A DNA stretch of 64,000 bases from a virus. Lineage: Duplodnaviria; Caudoviricetes. The translations under genes were made by a program, and so were the position numbers. The notes beneath the pieces were generated by a model. It had not been told where the DNA came from. It saw nothing but the letters and a program-made list of their open reading frames with translations, and made no database searches. Location of the stretch: IMG/VR virus record IMGVR_UViG_3300006155_000013, positions 10,535 through 74,534 of that record. One strand, written 5' to 3'. Shown here in pieces: positions 26,147 to 35,778 of this stretch (its first letter is position 1; each line of letters opens with the position of its first letter).

Positions 26147-26831
26147 GAGCAAAGCGGAGCGGGCCAGGGCGCTCCGGTATAAGCGGGGAGCGCTGGCCTC
26201 CATGGGCTTCGAGTTCCTTCGCGCTGATCTGGACGAAATCCGCGAGGCCTGCGACACCATCCACTGGTGGACCGACCAGGATGACGAGACCCTGCTAAAC
26301 GCCTTGGACGGGGACGACGAAGACGTCTGGGAGTTCAAAATGGCCTTCGCCCACCTGGAGGCCAGGGCGGACGAGTTGCTTGAGACCATTTATGAGCTGT
26401 GCCGGTATGAGGATGATTTCGGTCAGGTCTACGATGACTGCACCGTGGCCCTCATCGGAAACCGCTACCGCACCATCGGCTATGACGGCTTCGAGGAGGA
26501 CTACTACGCCCTCACCGGCTATGAGCAGGAATTGGCCCAGACCGAATCGGGGAAGCGTCTCATGCGTAGGACCAAAGCGGAGATCCTATCCATCATCGGG
26601 CAGTGCTTTGGCATCCTTATCGCTTTCCTGGACCTGCGTCAGCAGTACGACTACCTCAAGGCCACCTTCGACATCCTGCGGGATGAGAACACCTCCATGC
26701 TCCAGCAGGTCAAGGAGATCGATGCCGCTTACAAGGCGATGGTCACGGCGGACTGGTCCGCACGGTCTGAGGCGGAAAAGAAGTTTGACCGCCTGCTGTC
26801 TGCCTTGCCGGACCGTGTGTGGGTGGAGTGA
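26139..26831 (+). CDS. Conserved phage hypothetical protein
   Basis: 230 aa acidic ORF with RBS. Confidence 0.7.
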   Translation: MSESKAERARALRYKRGALASMGFEFLRADLDEIREACDTIHWWTDQDDETLLNALDGDDEDVWEFKMAFAHLEARADELLETIYELCRYEDDFGQVYDDCTVALIGNRYRTIGYDGFEEDYYALTGYEQELAQTESGKRLMRRTKAEILSIIGQCFGILIAFLDLRQQYDYLKATFDILRDENTSMLQQVKEIDAAYKAMVTADWSARSEAEKKFDRLLSALPDRVWVE

Positions 26832-26948
26832 GCGGGACCATGACCATCGGCCTGATCTCCGTGGACGGCCAACCGGGTCAACAAAAAAAGTACGTTCAAA
26901 GCCTGTACCTGGGAGGAATTTCGGAGCGGGAAGAGGGAGGTGATTCAG

Positions 26949-28248
26949 GTGGAGCATTTTGGAGACATCAGGAGGCTGAACGGGTACGAGCTGCCAGCGA
27001 TCGATGTGGTCATTGGTGGTTCACCGTGTTAGCCAGGACCTGTCTGTGGCGGGAAAACGGGCGGGCCTCGCCGGGGAACGGAGCGGCCTGTTCATGGAAC
27101 AGATCAGGATCATCAAGGAAATGAGGGACGCGGATGCAGGCAGAGGACGGACAGGTCTCTTTGTTCGACCACGATTCATGGTGTGGGAGCAGGTCCCAGG
27201 AGCGTTCAGCTCCAAAAAAGGCGAGGACTTCCGGGCCGTCCTTGAGGAGACGGTCCGGATCGCAGAACCGGACGCCCCCGACGTTCCACTACCTCCAAAA
27301 GGAAAGTGGCCAATGGCTGACTGCTGGATGGGGGACGGCTGGTCCGTCGCCTACAGAGTTCTCGACGCACAATTTTGGGGAGTGCCCCAGCGCCGCCGCA
27401 GAATCGCGCTTGTCGCAGATTTTGGAGGACACGCCGCACCAGAAATACTATTTGTCCGCCAAGGCGTGTGCGGGGATCCTCCGGCGGGCGGAGCGGCGGG
27501 GGAAGAAACTGCCGCCGGAACTGGAGGCGGCGCTTATCCGGCAGTCGCGAGAAGCCTGACGGCCCGTCATGACGGGAGCCCGTGCGTGGACCGGGGACCA
27601 AATATTGTTGTGGCCGGATTCAAGCCCCATTCCGGAGTGTCCGCAGGGGGCATAGGGTATCAGGAGGAGACGGCACCTACCATCGACACGGGGAAACCAA
27701 TGGCGGTCTACGATGCCCGGGGAAACGGAGACGGGAAAACTGCATGTACACTGACCGGGGACCACCAGAGCCGGGTGACGGACTACACGGCCATCGTCAT
27801 GCGTCAGCACAACTTCGGCGAGTACCGAGAGGGTGTTGGGACGCTAACTGCGCACAACGGAACACGCCATGCGTCGGAGGCACTTGTAGTGGGCAGGAAT
27901 GTCCGCCGTCTTACTCCCCTGGAATGTGAACGCCTCTAGGGCTACCCGGACGGATGGACCGATATCGGGCCGTGGACGGACAGCGCCGGGAAGCTCCACA
28001 GGGAGAGCAGTGACAGTGCCCGCTATACGGCGCTGGGAAACTCCATCGCCCTGCCGCCATGGAAATGGGTGCTCAAACGACTGTGCGCCTGTTACGAGCG
28101 GAACGCTACCATGGCGAGCCTCTTTGACGGGATCGGCGGCTTCCCGCTGATCTGGGAGCGGCTGAACGGACCGGGTTCCTGCCTGTGGACAAGCGAGATC
28201 GGCGAGTTCCCCGCCGCCGTGACAAAGAAAAGATTTTGCGGAAAGTGA
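26949..28248 (+). pseudogene. Circularly permuted C5 DNA cytosine methyltransferase with a 4-nt insertion (~27030) and a nonsense codon (27937)
   Basis: GDI, GSPC|QDLS, WEQVPG, QRRRRI, RRLTPLECERL*GYPD, GNS, then SLFDGIGGF and SEI at the C-terminus. Confidence 0.85.
27134..27559 (+). CDS. Nested alternative-frame ORF inside the methyltransferase
   Basis: LSQILEDTPHQKYYLSAKACAGILRRAERRGKKLPPEL in the +1 frame. Confidence 0.55.
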   Translation: MQAEDGQVSLFDHDSWCGSRSQERSAPKKARTSGPSLRRRSGSQNRTPPTFHYLQKESGQWLTAGWGTAGPSPTEFSTHNFGECPSAAAESRLSQILEDTPHQKYYLSAKACAGILRRAERRGKKLPPELEAALIRQSREA

Positions 28249-28259
28249 GGTGACAGCCG

Positions 28260-28514
28260 TTGAACAAAACAAAAATGCGGCGCTGCAAAAATTTCAACTG
28301 CGATAAAATGCGCGGTCATTACTGCTGCACCGACTGCGACCAAAGGAAGTCGTGCGCCAACCCGTGCCTGAACCACCCCACCCGGTGCGGTCTGTCTGAG
28401 GCCCCGCCGGTGAGGCCGGGACCGGACGGTAAGGGAGTGGCAAAAGCAGGCCCGCCAAGTAAACACACACCTGGCGGGCCAAAGGAAAAAAATAATAGGA
28501 CACCTGCATTATAG
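28260..28514 (+). CDS. Cys-rich (Zn-binding) small protein
   Basis: C-x4-C...CCTDC...CANPC...C; TTG start after GAGGTG. Confidence 0.6.
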   Translation: MNKTKMRRCKNFNCDKMRGHYCCTDCDQRKSCANPCLNHPTRCGLSEAPPVRPGPDGKGVAKAGPPSKHTPGGPKEKNNRTPAL

Positions 28515-28536
28515 CAGGCCGGAAAGGAAAATGCAA
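28442..28536 (-). ncRNA. Cassette F: antisense promoter, sRNA and terminator
   Basis: TTGCAT(28536-28531)-N17-(TGC)TATAAT(28513-28508); 12-bp hairpin 28449-28480 fully paired only on minus strand, plus T-tract. Confidence 0.6.
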
Positions 28537-29852
28537 TGTCGTCAGTAAAAATCACCCAATTTGAGGCGGAGAACGTCAAGCGGATCAAGGCGCTGACGCT
28601 GACGCCGGCGGAAAACGGCCTCACGGTCATTGGGGGCCGCAACAACCAGGGCAAAACAAGCAGTCTGGACGCCATCGTCTGGGCCCTGGGCGGGGAGCGC
28701 TACAGGCCCTCCCAGGCGGTCCGGGAGGGCTCGGTGATCCCGCCCAGGATGCGCATGGAGCTGAGCAACGGCGTCGTGGTGGAGCGCTCCGGGAAAAACA
28801 GCGACCTGAAGGTCACCGACACCCGGGGCCGCAGGGCCGGACAGACCCTGCTCAACTCCTTTGTGGAGGAGTTGGCCCTCAATATGCCCAAATTCATGCA
28901 GTCCACCAGCAGGGAAAAGGCCGATACCCTCCTGCGCATCATCGGTCTGGAGGACCAGGTGCGCGCGCTGGAGCGGGAGGAAAAAGAGCTCTATGACCGG
29001 CGGCGGGCCGTGGGTCAGCTCTACGAGCAGAAAGCCAAGTATGCCGAGGAGCTCCCCTCGTGGCCCGACGCCCCCTCGGAGCCCGTCTCCGCCCTGGAGC
29101 TCATCCACCGTCAGCAGGACATCCTCGCCCGCAACGGCGAGAACCAGCGCAAGCGGGACCGGGCCAAAAAGCTGGACGAGCAGTGCGCCATCGCAAAGGA
29201 GCAGATGGAGGACCTGGAGAAGCGCCTCAGAGAGGCGCGGGAGAAGTACCTGAGCCTTTGCGCCGACTGTGAGACCGCCCGGCGGGACGCCCTGGACCTC
29301 CAGGACGAATCTACCGAGGAGCTGGAGCAGAGCCTCCGGGACGTCGAGGCGGTCAACGTCAAAGTCCGCACCAACCAGGACAAGGCCCGGGCCGTGGCGG
29401 AGGCGAAGCAGTACAGCGACCAGTACGCCGCCCTCACCGAGGAGCTGGAGACGGTGCGGCAGAAGAAGCTGGACCTCCTCAATGGCGCGGACCTGCCCCT
29501 GCCGGGGCTCTCGGTGGAGGACGGGGAGCTCACCTACCAGGGCCGCCCCTGGGACTGCATGAGCGGGAGCGACCAGCTCAAGGTCTCCACCGCCATCGTC
29601 CGGGCGCTGAAGCCTGAGTGCGGCTTCGTGCTCCTGGACAAGCTGGAGCAGATGGACTTGCAGACCCTCCGGGAGTTCTCCGCCTGGATGGAGGCCGAAG
29701 GGTTGCAGGGCATCGCCACCCGGGTCAGCACCGGGGAGGAGTGCAGTATCATCATTGAGGACGGGTGCGCAACTGCGCCCGCAGGGGACGGCCTCTGCGC
29801 CGTCCCGCCCCCCGCGCCCGTCCAGCCCGCCTGGCAGAAAGGAGTATTCTAA
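28536..29852 (+). CDS. SMC/SbcC-like AAA ATPase with long coiled coil
   Basis: GGRNNQGKT Walker A; SGS signature; LLDKLE Walker B. Confidence 0.85.
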   Translation: MSSVKITQFEAENVKRIKALTLTPAENGLTVIGGRNNQGKTSSLDAIVWALGGERYRPSQAVREGSVIPPRMRMELSNGVVVERSGKNSDLKVTDTRGRRAGQTLLNSFVEELALNMPKFMQSTSREKADTLLRIIGLEDQVRALEREEKELYDRRRAVGQLYEQKAKYAEELPSWPDAPSEPVSALELIHRQQDILARNGENQRKRDRAKKLDEQCAIAKEQMEDLEKRLREAREKYLSLCADCETARRDALDLQDESTEELEQSLRDVEAVNVKVRTNQDKARAVAEAKQYSDQYAALTEELETVRQKKLDLLNGADLPLPGLSVEDGELTYQGRPWDCMSGSDQLKVSTAIVRALKPECGFVLLDKLEQMDLQTLREFSAWMEAEGLQGIATRVSTGEECSIIIEDGCATAPAGDGLCAVPPPAPVQPAWQKGVF

Positions 29853-30907
29853 TGCAGATCATCACCGGAAAACAGGCCGGAGCGCTGAAAACCGTCATTT
29901 ACGGCCCGGAGGGCATCGGGAAGAGCACCCTCGCCGCCCGGTTCCCCCGCCCCGTGTTCATCGACACCGAGGGCTCTACCCGGCACATGGATGTCTCCCG
30001 GATGGAGAAGCCCTCCAGCTGGACCATGCTCCAGGAGCAGGTGCGCTACATCCGCGACACGCCGGGCCTCTGCGGCACGCTGGTCATCGACACCGCCGAC
30101 TGGGCGGAACAGCTCTGCATCAGAAGCATCTGCGCCAGTAAGGAGATCGGCGGCATTGAGGACCTGGGCTACGGCAGGGGGTACGTCTATCTCGCCGAGG
30201 AGTTCGGCAAGCTCCTCAACCTCCTGGAGGAGGTGGTGGAGCGGGGCGTCCATGTGGTCCTCACCGCCCACGCCATGATGCGCAAATTTGAACAGCCCGA
30301 CGAGATGGGTGCCTACGACCGCTGGGAGCTGAAACTCCAGAAGAAGACCGCGCCGTTGGTCAAGGAGTGGTCGGACCTGCTCCTCTTCGCCAACTACAAG
30401 ACCCTGTCCGTAGCCGCGGACAAGGAGGGGAAGAAGTTCAAGGCCCAGGGGGGCCGCAGGGTGCTCTACACCGCCCACCACCCCTGCTGGGACGCGAAAA
30501 ACCGCCTGGGCCTCCCCGAGGAGCTCCCCCTGGACTTTGACGCCCTCGCGCCCTACATCTTCCCGGCTGCGCCCGCACATACGGCCCCCACGCCCGCGCC
30601 GGTCCCTGTACCGGCCCCCCCGCCGGAGCCTGTACCAGACCCCGCGCCGGAGCCCGCCCCCGCGCCCGAACCCCCGCCCGTCACCCGCCCCGATTCGGAC
30701 GTCCCCGCCGTACTCCTGCCCCTGCTGGAGAGCGCCCACGTCACCGAGGACGAGGTCCGGGACGTGATCGCCCAGAAGGGCTACTTCACCAAGGACACCC
30801 CCTGGTCCGCCATGGAGAGCGCGGGGTTCGTGGAGGGCTGGGTGCTCCCCTGGTGGGAGAAGATCGTCGAGATCATCGAAAATGATCCCGACCGGTTGCC
30901 TTTCTAA
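29852..30907 (+). CDS. Sak4-like ATPase recombinase (AAA_24 type)
   Basis: YGPEGIGKST; LVIDTADWAE; WDAKNR; Pro-rich linker. Confidence 0.85.
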   Translation: MQIITGKQAGALKTVIYGPEGIGKSTLAARFPRPVFIDTEGSTRHMDVSRMEKPSSWTMLQEQVRYIRDTPGLCGTLVIDTADWAEQLCIRSICASKEIGGIEDLGYGRGYVYLAEEFGKLLNLLEEVVERGVHVVLTAHAMMRKFEQPDEMGAYDRWELKLQKKTAPLVKEWSDLLLFANYKTLSVAADKEGKKFKAQGGRRVLYTAHHPCWDAKNRLGLPEELPLDFDALAPYIFPAAPAHTAPTPAPVPVPAPPPEPVPDPAPEPAPAPEPPPVTRPDSDVPAVLLPLLESAHVTEDEVRDVIAQKGYFTKDTPWSAMESAGFVEGWVLPWWEKIVEIIENDPDRLPF

Positions 30908-30963
30908 GTACAACTTTTTTCAGATTTTGACCCTATGTATATCAAAATACAGGAGGTACCCCT

Positions 30964-31476
30964 ATGAACCAATACGATTCCACCTCTCGGGAGTTCGGCT
31001 GGGACGACGAGATCCAGCGGGACGACACTTTCCAAGTCCTCCCCGAGGGCGATTACCGCTTCACTGTCACCCGCTTCGAGCGGGCCCGCCACTCGGGCAG
31101 TGAGAAGATCCCCGCCTGCCCTAAAGCCGTCCTCACCGTAGCCGTCAGCAACGCCGGGGCCTCCGGCGAGGTGCAGACGAACCTCTTCCTCCACAGCAAA
31201 TTCGAGTGGAAGCTCTGTCAGTTCTTCGTCTCCATCGGTCAGCGCAAGCACGGCGAGGCCATGCACATGAACTGGAGCGCCGTGCCCGGGTCCGGCGGCG
31301 TGTGCCATGTGTGCGTGCGCAAGTGGACCGGAAACGACGGCAAAGAGCGGGAGAGCAACGAGATCACCGAGTTCTACGACCCGGAGAACGCCCCCCAGGT
31401 GGCGTCGCCCCAGCAGAAGACCTGGACCGAAGTGCCCCAGGGCGGCCCCACCCCCTGGAGTAAGGGGAGCTTCTGA
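30964..31476 (+). CDS. ssDNA-binding protein (DUF669-like)
   Basis: LPEGDYRFTVTRFE; follows the recombinase. Confidence 0.7.
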   Translation: MNQYDSTSREFGWDDEIQRDDTFQVLPEGDYRFTVTRFERARHSGSEKIPACPKAVLTVAVSNAGASGEVQTNLFLHSKFEWKLCQFFVSIGQRKHGEAMHMNWSAVPGSGGVCHVCVRKWTGNDGKERESNEITEFYDPENAPQVASPQQKTWTEVPQGGPTPWSKGSF

Positions 31477-33074
31477 TGGAGCTGAGACCCTATCAGGAGG
31501 AGGCCCGGCGGGCCGTGGAGGGGGACTGGGAGGGGGATTTTCTGCGGACCCTCCTGGTGCTCCCCACCGGGTGCGGGAAGACCATCGTCTTCTCCAAGAT
31601 CATTGAGGATATGGTCCGGCAGGGGGACCGGTGCCTCATCCTCGCCCACCGTGGAGAGCTCCTGGACCAGGCCGCCGACAAGCTCCTGAAGGCCACGGGC
31701 CTGCGCTGCGCCGTAGAAAAAGCGGAGGAGACCTGTCTCGGGAGCTGGTACCGGGTGGCGGTGGGGTCGGTGCAGAGCCTGCAAAGGCCCTCCCGCCTCG
31801 CCCGGTTTGAGGAGGACCACTTCGGCTGTATCGTCGTGGACGAGGCCCACCACGTCCTCTCAGACGGCTATCAACGGGTCCTGGAGCACTTCCCAGACGC
31901 GAAGGTGCTGGGCGTTACAGCCACCCCGGACCGGGGGGATATGAGAAACCTGGGGCAGTACTTCGAGCATTTGGCCTACGAGTACACGCTCCCCAGGGCC
32001 ATCCGGGACAGGTACCTGTGCCCTATCAAGGCCGTCACCATCCCTCTGCAACTGGACCTCTCAGGCGTGGGCGTCCAGGGAGGAGACTTCAAATCATCAG
32101 ACATTGACACCGCCCTGGACCCCTACTTATACCAGATCGCCTCAGAAATGCGGCAGTACTGCAAGGACCGGAGGACCGTGGTGTTCCTGCCCCTGGTGAA
32201 GACCTCCCAAAAGTTCCGCGACATCCTGGAGCAGAACGGCTTCCGGGCGGCGGAGGTCAACGGGAACAGTCAGGACCGGGCGGAAATTCTCCGGGACTTC
32301 GAGGCGGGACGCTACGACGTGCTCTGCAACTCCATGCTCCTCACCGAGGGCTGGGACTGCCCGGCGGTGGACTGCGTGGTGGTCCTGCGTCCTACGAAGG
32401 TGAGAAGCCTCTACAGTCAGATGGTGGGGCGGGGTACGAGGCTCCATCCCGGCAAAGAGGACCTGCTCCTCCTGGACTTCCTGTGGCACACCGAGCGCCA
32501 CGAGCTGTGCCGTCCGGCGTCGCTGATCTGCGAGGACGCGGCGGTGGCGCAGAAAATGACGGAGATCATCGAGAAGGCGGGCGCACCCCTGGACATCGAA
32601 GAGGCGGAGCGTCAGGCCGGGGAGGACGTGGTGGCGGCGCGGGAGGAATCCCTCGCCAAACAGCTCTCCGAGATGCGCTCCAGAAAGCGGAAGCTGGTGG
32701 ACCCCCTGCAATTCGAGATGTCCATCGCAGCGGCGGACCTCTCCGGGTACGTCCCCGCCTTTGGCTGGGAGATGGGCCCGCCTACGGAGAAACAGCGCTC
32801 AGCCCTGGAGAAATTCGGCATCTTCCCGGACGAGATCGATAGCGCGGGAAAGGCGTCGGCGCTCCTGGACCGGCTCTCAAAGCGCCGGACAGAGGGGCTC
32901 TCCACGCCCCGGCAGATCCGGGTGCTGGAGAACTTCGGCTTCCGCAACGTTGGGACCTGGCCTTTCCAGGACGCCAAGCATATGATCGACCGCATGGCCG
33001 CGGGAGGCCGGGGCGGGCGGTGGAGAGTGCCCTCCGGCGTTGACCCGGCGACATATGTTCCTGTGGGGATGTAA
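31476..33074 (+). CDS. SF2 DEAH helicase
   Basis: LPTGCGKT, DEAHH, TATP, QMVGRGTR. Confidence 0.92.
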   Translation: MELRPYQEEARRAVEGDWEGDFLRTLLVLPTGCGKTIVFSKIIEDMVRQGDRCLILAHRGELLDQAADKLLKATGLRCAVEKAEETCLGSWYRVAVGSVQSLQRPSRLARFEEDHFGCIVVDEAHHVLSDGYQRVLEHFPDAKVLGVTATPDRGDMRNLGQYFEHLAYEYTLPRAIRDRYLCPIKAVTIPLQLDLSGVGVQGGDFKSSDIDTALDPYLYQIASEMRQYCKDRRTVVFLPLVKTSQKFRDILEQNGFRAAEVNGNSQDRAEILRDFEAGRYDVLCNSMLLTEGWDCPAVDCVVVLRPTKVRSLYSQMVGRGTRLHPGKEDLLLLDFLWHTERHELCRPASLICEDAAVAQKMTEIIEKAGAPLDIEEAERQAGEDVVAAREESLAKQLSEMRSRKRKLVDPLQFEMSIAAADLSGYVPAFGWEMGPPTEKQRSALEKFGIFPDEIDSAGKASALLDRLSKRRTEGLSTPRQIRVLENFGFRNVGTWPFQDAKHMIDRMAAGGRGGRWRVPSGVDPATYVPVGM

Positions 33075-33077
33075 CCG

Positions 33078-35312
33078 ATGGAGAACAACTTGAATCTACT
33101 GGAGGCCCTGGACCACATCGACCCGGCGGAGCTCTGCTATCAGGATTGGCTCGCGGTGGGCATGGGGCTGAAGGAGGCGGGGTATCCCGCCTCCGCCTGG
33201 GACGAGTGGTCCCGGCGGGACGGCGCGAGGTACCACAGCGGAGAGTGCGAGAGGAAATGGGACAGCTTCGCCGGGACAGAAAACCCCGTCACCGGCGGCA
33301 CGGTGGCCAAAATGGCCCTGGACCGGGGGTGGCGTCCGATGGGCTCCCGCTCCTCGGACCCCTCCCAGCCCGTCCACCCCCTGGACTGGGACGACGAGAT
33401 CAGCGAGCGGGACGGGCAGGTGATCGTTGACCGGGCATGGCTGGAGGCCAAGGACATCCAGGAGCCCTCCGACAGTAACTGGCACCCCGCCCAGGACCTC
33501 ATCGAATACCTGGGCACCCTCTTTTCCCCCGACGATTACGTGGGCTATGTGACAGAGACCTTCCAGGCGGAGGACGGGGAGCGCAAGCCCACACGGGGCA
33601 ACTATGACCGCACCGCCGGTCAGCTCATCGAGGAGCTGAGAAAGTGCGGCGATGACCTGGGGGCGGTGCTGGGGGACTACGACCCCGGAACGGGGGCATG
33701 GATACGCTTCAACCCTCTGGACGGCAGAGGGGTCAAAAACGAGAACGTCACCGGCTTTCGCTACGCCCTCATCGAATCCGACAGCATGGATCTGGGGGAG
33801 CAGAACGCCCTCATCCGGGAACTGGAGCTCCCGGTAGCCTGCCTGGTCTACTCCGGCGGGAAAAGCCTCCACGCCATCGTCCATGTCGATGCCTCCAGCT
33901 ATGAGGAGTACCGGACGCGGGTGGACTACCTCTACACCGTCTGCGAGAAGAACGGCATGAAGGTCGATAAGCAGAACCGCAACCCCTCCCGGCTCAGCCG
34001 CCTGCCGGGAGCCACCCGGAACGGCCGGAAACAGTTCTTAGTGGAAACGAACCTGGGCAAAGCCTCCTGGGCGGAGTGGCGGGAGTGGATGGAGAGTGTC
34101 AGCGACGACCTGCCGGACCCTGAGGGGGACCTGACAACGGACCTCCCTCCCCTCGCTCCCCCGCTGATCGAGGGCGTTTTGCGGCAGGGACACAAGATGC
34201 TCCTCGCGGGCCCCAGCAAGGCGGGCAAGAGCTTCGCCCTCATCGAGCTGTCCATCTGCATCGCCGAAGGGCTCCCGTGGCTGGGGTTCCAGTGCGCCCA
34301 GGGGCGGGTGATGTACGTCAACCTGGAGCTGGACAGGGCCTCCTGCCTCCACCGCTTCAGGGACGTGCGGCAGGCCATGGGGGCCCCCAGCAGGCACAGC
34401 GTGGACATCTGGAACCTGCGCGGGCGCTCTATCCCTATGGACAAGCTCGCGCCGAAGCTCATCCGCCGGGCCATGAAGAAAAACTATATCGCTATCGTCA
34501 TTGACCCGATCTATAAGGTCATCACCGGCGACGAGAACAGCGCCGACCAGATGGCCCGGTTCTGCAATCAATTTGACAAAGTGTGTACCGAGCTGGGGTG
34601 CGCCGTGATCTACTGCCACCACCACTCCAAGGGCGCCCAGGGCGGCAAGCGCTCCATGGACCGGGCGTCAGGCTCCGGGGTCTTCGCCCGGGACCCGGAC
34701 GCCCTGCTGGACCTCATCGAGCTCCCTGTGGAGGAGGACCTCCGCAAGCAGGAGGTGGGGAACGCCGTGGGCGCGGCCTGCGGGGCGTACCTGCAAAAGC
34801 TGGACAAATCGGGCGAGGTCGGGCAGGATGACCTCTGCACCGAAAAGGCCGCTCTCGCCGCCTGTGAGGCCGTCCTCACCCCCCGGGAGTACCAGGACCT
34901 TCTCCCAGCCGTGGAGGCCGCGAGAAAGGCCGCCCAGGCCCGTACAGCGTGGCGTATAGACGGCACACTCCGGGAGTTCCCGAAGTTCCCTCCGGTGAAC
35001 CTGTGGTTCGATTTCCCGGTGCATCGGAATGACCTCAGCGGCGTGCTGGGGGATATCGACCCGGAGAAGGAGGCCCCGGCGTGGCAGCGGGCCATGCAGA
35101 AGCGCAAGCCAAAGGAGGTCAAGGCCAAGGAGCGGAAAGCGTCTATTGAGACCGCGTTTGAAGCGTGCAATTTTGGCGATGAGGTGACATTGAAGAGTTT
35201 GGCAGAGTACATGGGCGTCTCCGAGGACACGGTCCGGCGAAGGCTGAAGGAACACGGAGGATTCTACAACGACGGCGGCAAAATCGGGAAGAAGGCAGTC
35301 GCAAAAACATAA
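33078..35312 (+). CDS. Primase-helicase (PriCT-like, primase, AAA_25/RepA-like)
   Basis: WLAVGMGLK; YSGGKSLHA; GPSKAGKS; YCHHHSKG; C-terminal HTH. Confidence 0.88.
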   Translation: MENNLNLLEALDHIDPAELCYQDWLAVGMGLKEAGYPASAWDEWSRRDGARYHSGECERKWDSFAGTENPVTGGTVAKMALDRGWRPMGSRSSDPSQPVHPLDWDDEISERDGQVIVDRAWLEAKDIQEPSDSNWHPAQDLIEYLGTLFSPDDYVGYVTETFQAEDGERKPTRGNYDRTAGQLIEELRKCGDDLGAVLGDYDPGTGAWIRFNPLDGRGVKNENVTGFRYALIESDSMDLGEQNALIRELELPVACLVYSGGKSLHAIVHVDASSYEEYRTRVDYLYTVCEKNGMKVDKQNRNPSRLSRLPGATRNGRKQFLVETNLGKASWAEWREWMESVSDDLPDPEGDLTTDLPPLAPPLIEGVLRQGHKMLLAGPSKAGKSFALIELSICIAEGLPWLGFQCAQGRVMYVNLELDRASCLHRFRDVRQAMGAPSRHSVDIWNLRGRSIPMDKLAPKLIRRAMKKNYIAIVIDPIYKVITGDENSADQMARFCNQFDKVCTELGCAVIYCHHHSKGAQGGKRSMDRASGSGVFARDPDALLDLIELPVEEDLRKQEVGNAVGAACGAYLQKLDKSGEVGQDDLCTEKAALAACEAVLTPREYQDLLPAVEAARKAAQARTAWRIDGTLREFPKFPPVNLWFDFPVHRNDLSGVLGDIDPEKEAPAWQRAMQKRKPKEVKAKERKASIETAFEACNFGDEVTLKSLAEYMGVSEDTVRRRLKEHGGFYNDGGKIGKKAVAKT

Positions 35313-35533
35313 ATCGCATTTTCCGGAAATTCGCAGAAACACATTTTTGCAACTGCGAAATTCGCAAAATTTCGTTTTTGCAAATCTGCAAGATATTAGC
35401 AAAAACACGTTTTTGCGTCTGCAAAAATCCGCTTGCAGAAATATATATACTACGTATATATATTTTGCGCCTTGCGGCGGCATCGGGGAGAGGCAGGCGG
35501 GCTAAAGCTCCCGCCCGCCGCCTCCCTCTCCCG
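35296..35533. repeat. Candidate replication origin: short GCA(A/G)AA-type repeats, AT palindrome and GC hairpin
   Basis: About a dozen GCAAAA/GCAGAA-like motifs in both orientations; AAATATATATAC-TAC-GTATATATATTT 35439-35465. Confidence 0.55.
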
Positions 35534-35586
35534 ACCAATGCCGAATAGGTTTTTGAAATTAGATAAACTTTAGCGAGGTAAAAAAT

Positions 35587-35778
35587 GTGGAAAACAAAAT
35601 CTTTTTGGACGGCGTCTGTCCGGTCTGTGGACGCCATTGTGGAAACGGAGGACACGGTATGACGCTCCGGTGCCCGTGCGGCTGGACCGGGGAGTTTTCC
35701 GGGAAGGACCAGGAAATCCTGATGGAGTTCATCCGCTGTTCCCAGGAGCGGGAGAGGAAGGCCGAAAATGCGGATTGA
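35587..35778 (+). CDS. Zn-finger small protein
   Basis: CPVCG...CPCGW. Confidence 0.65.
   Translation: MENKIFLDGVCPVCGRHCGNGGHGMTLRCPCGWTGEFSGKDQEILMEFIRCSQERERKAENAD

Noticed and set aside
30908-30963. AT-rich gap with ATTTTGA/TCAAAAT inverted repeat before the SSB-like gene as another antisense cassette
   Set aside because: No correctly spaced -35/-10 on the minus strand and no GGT...CACC hairpin.
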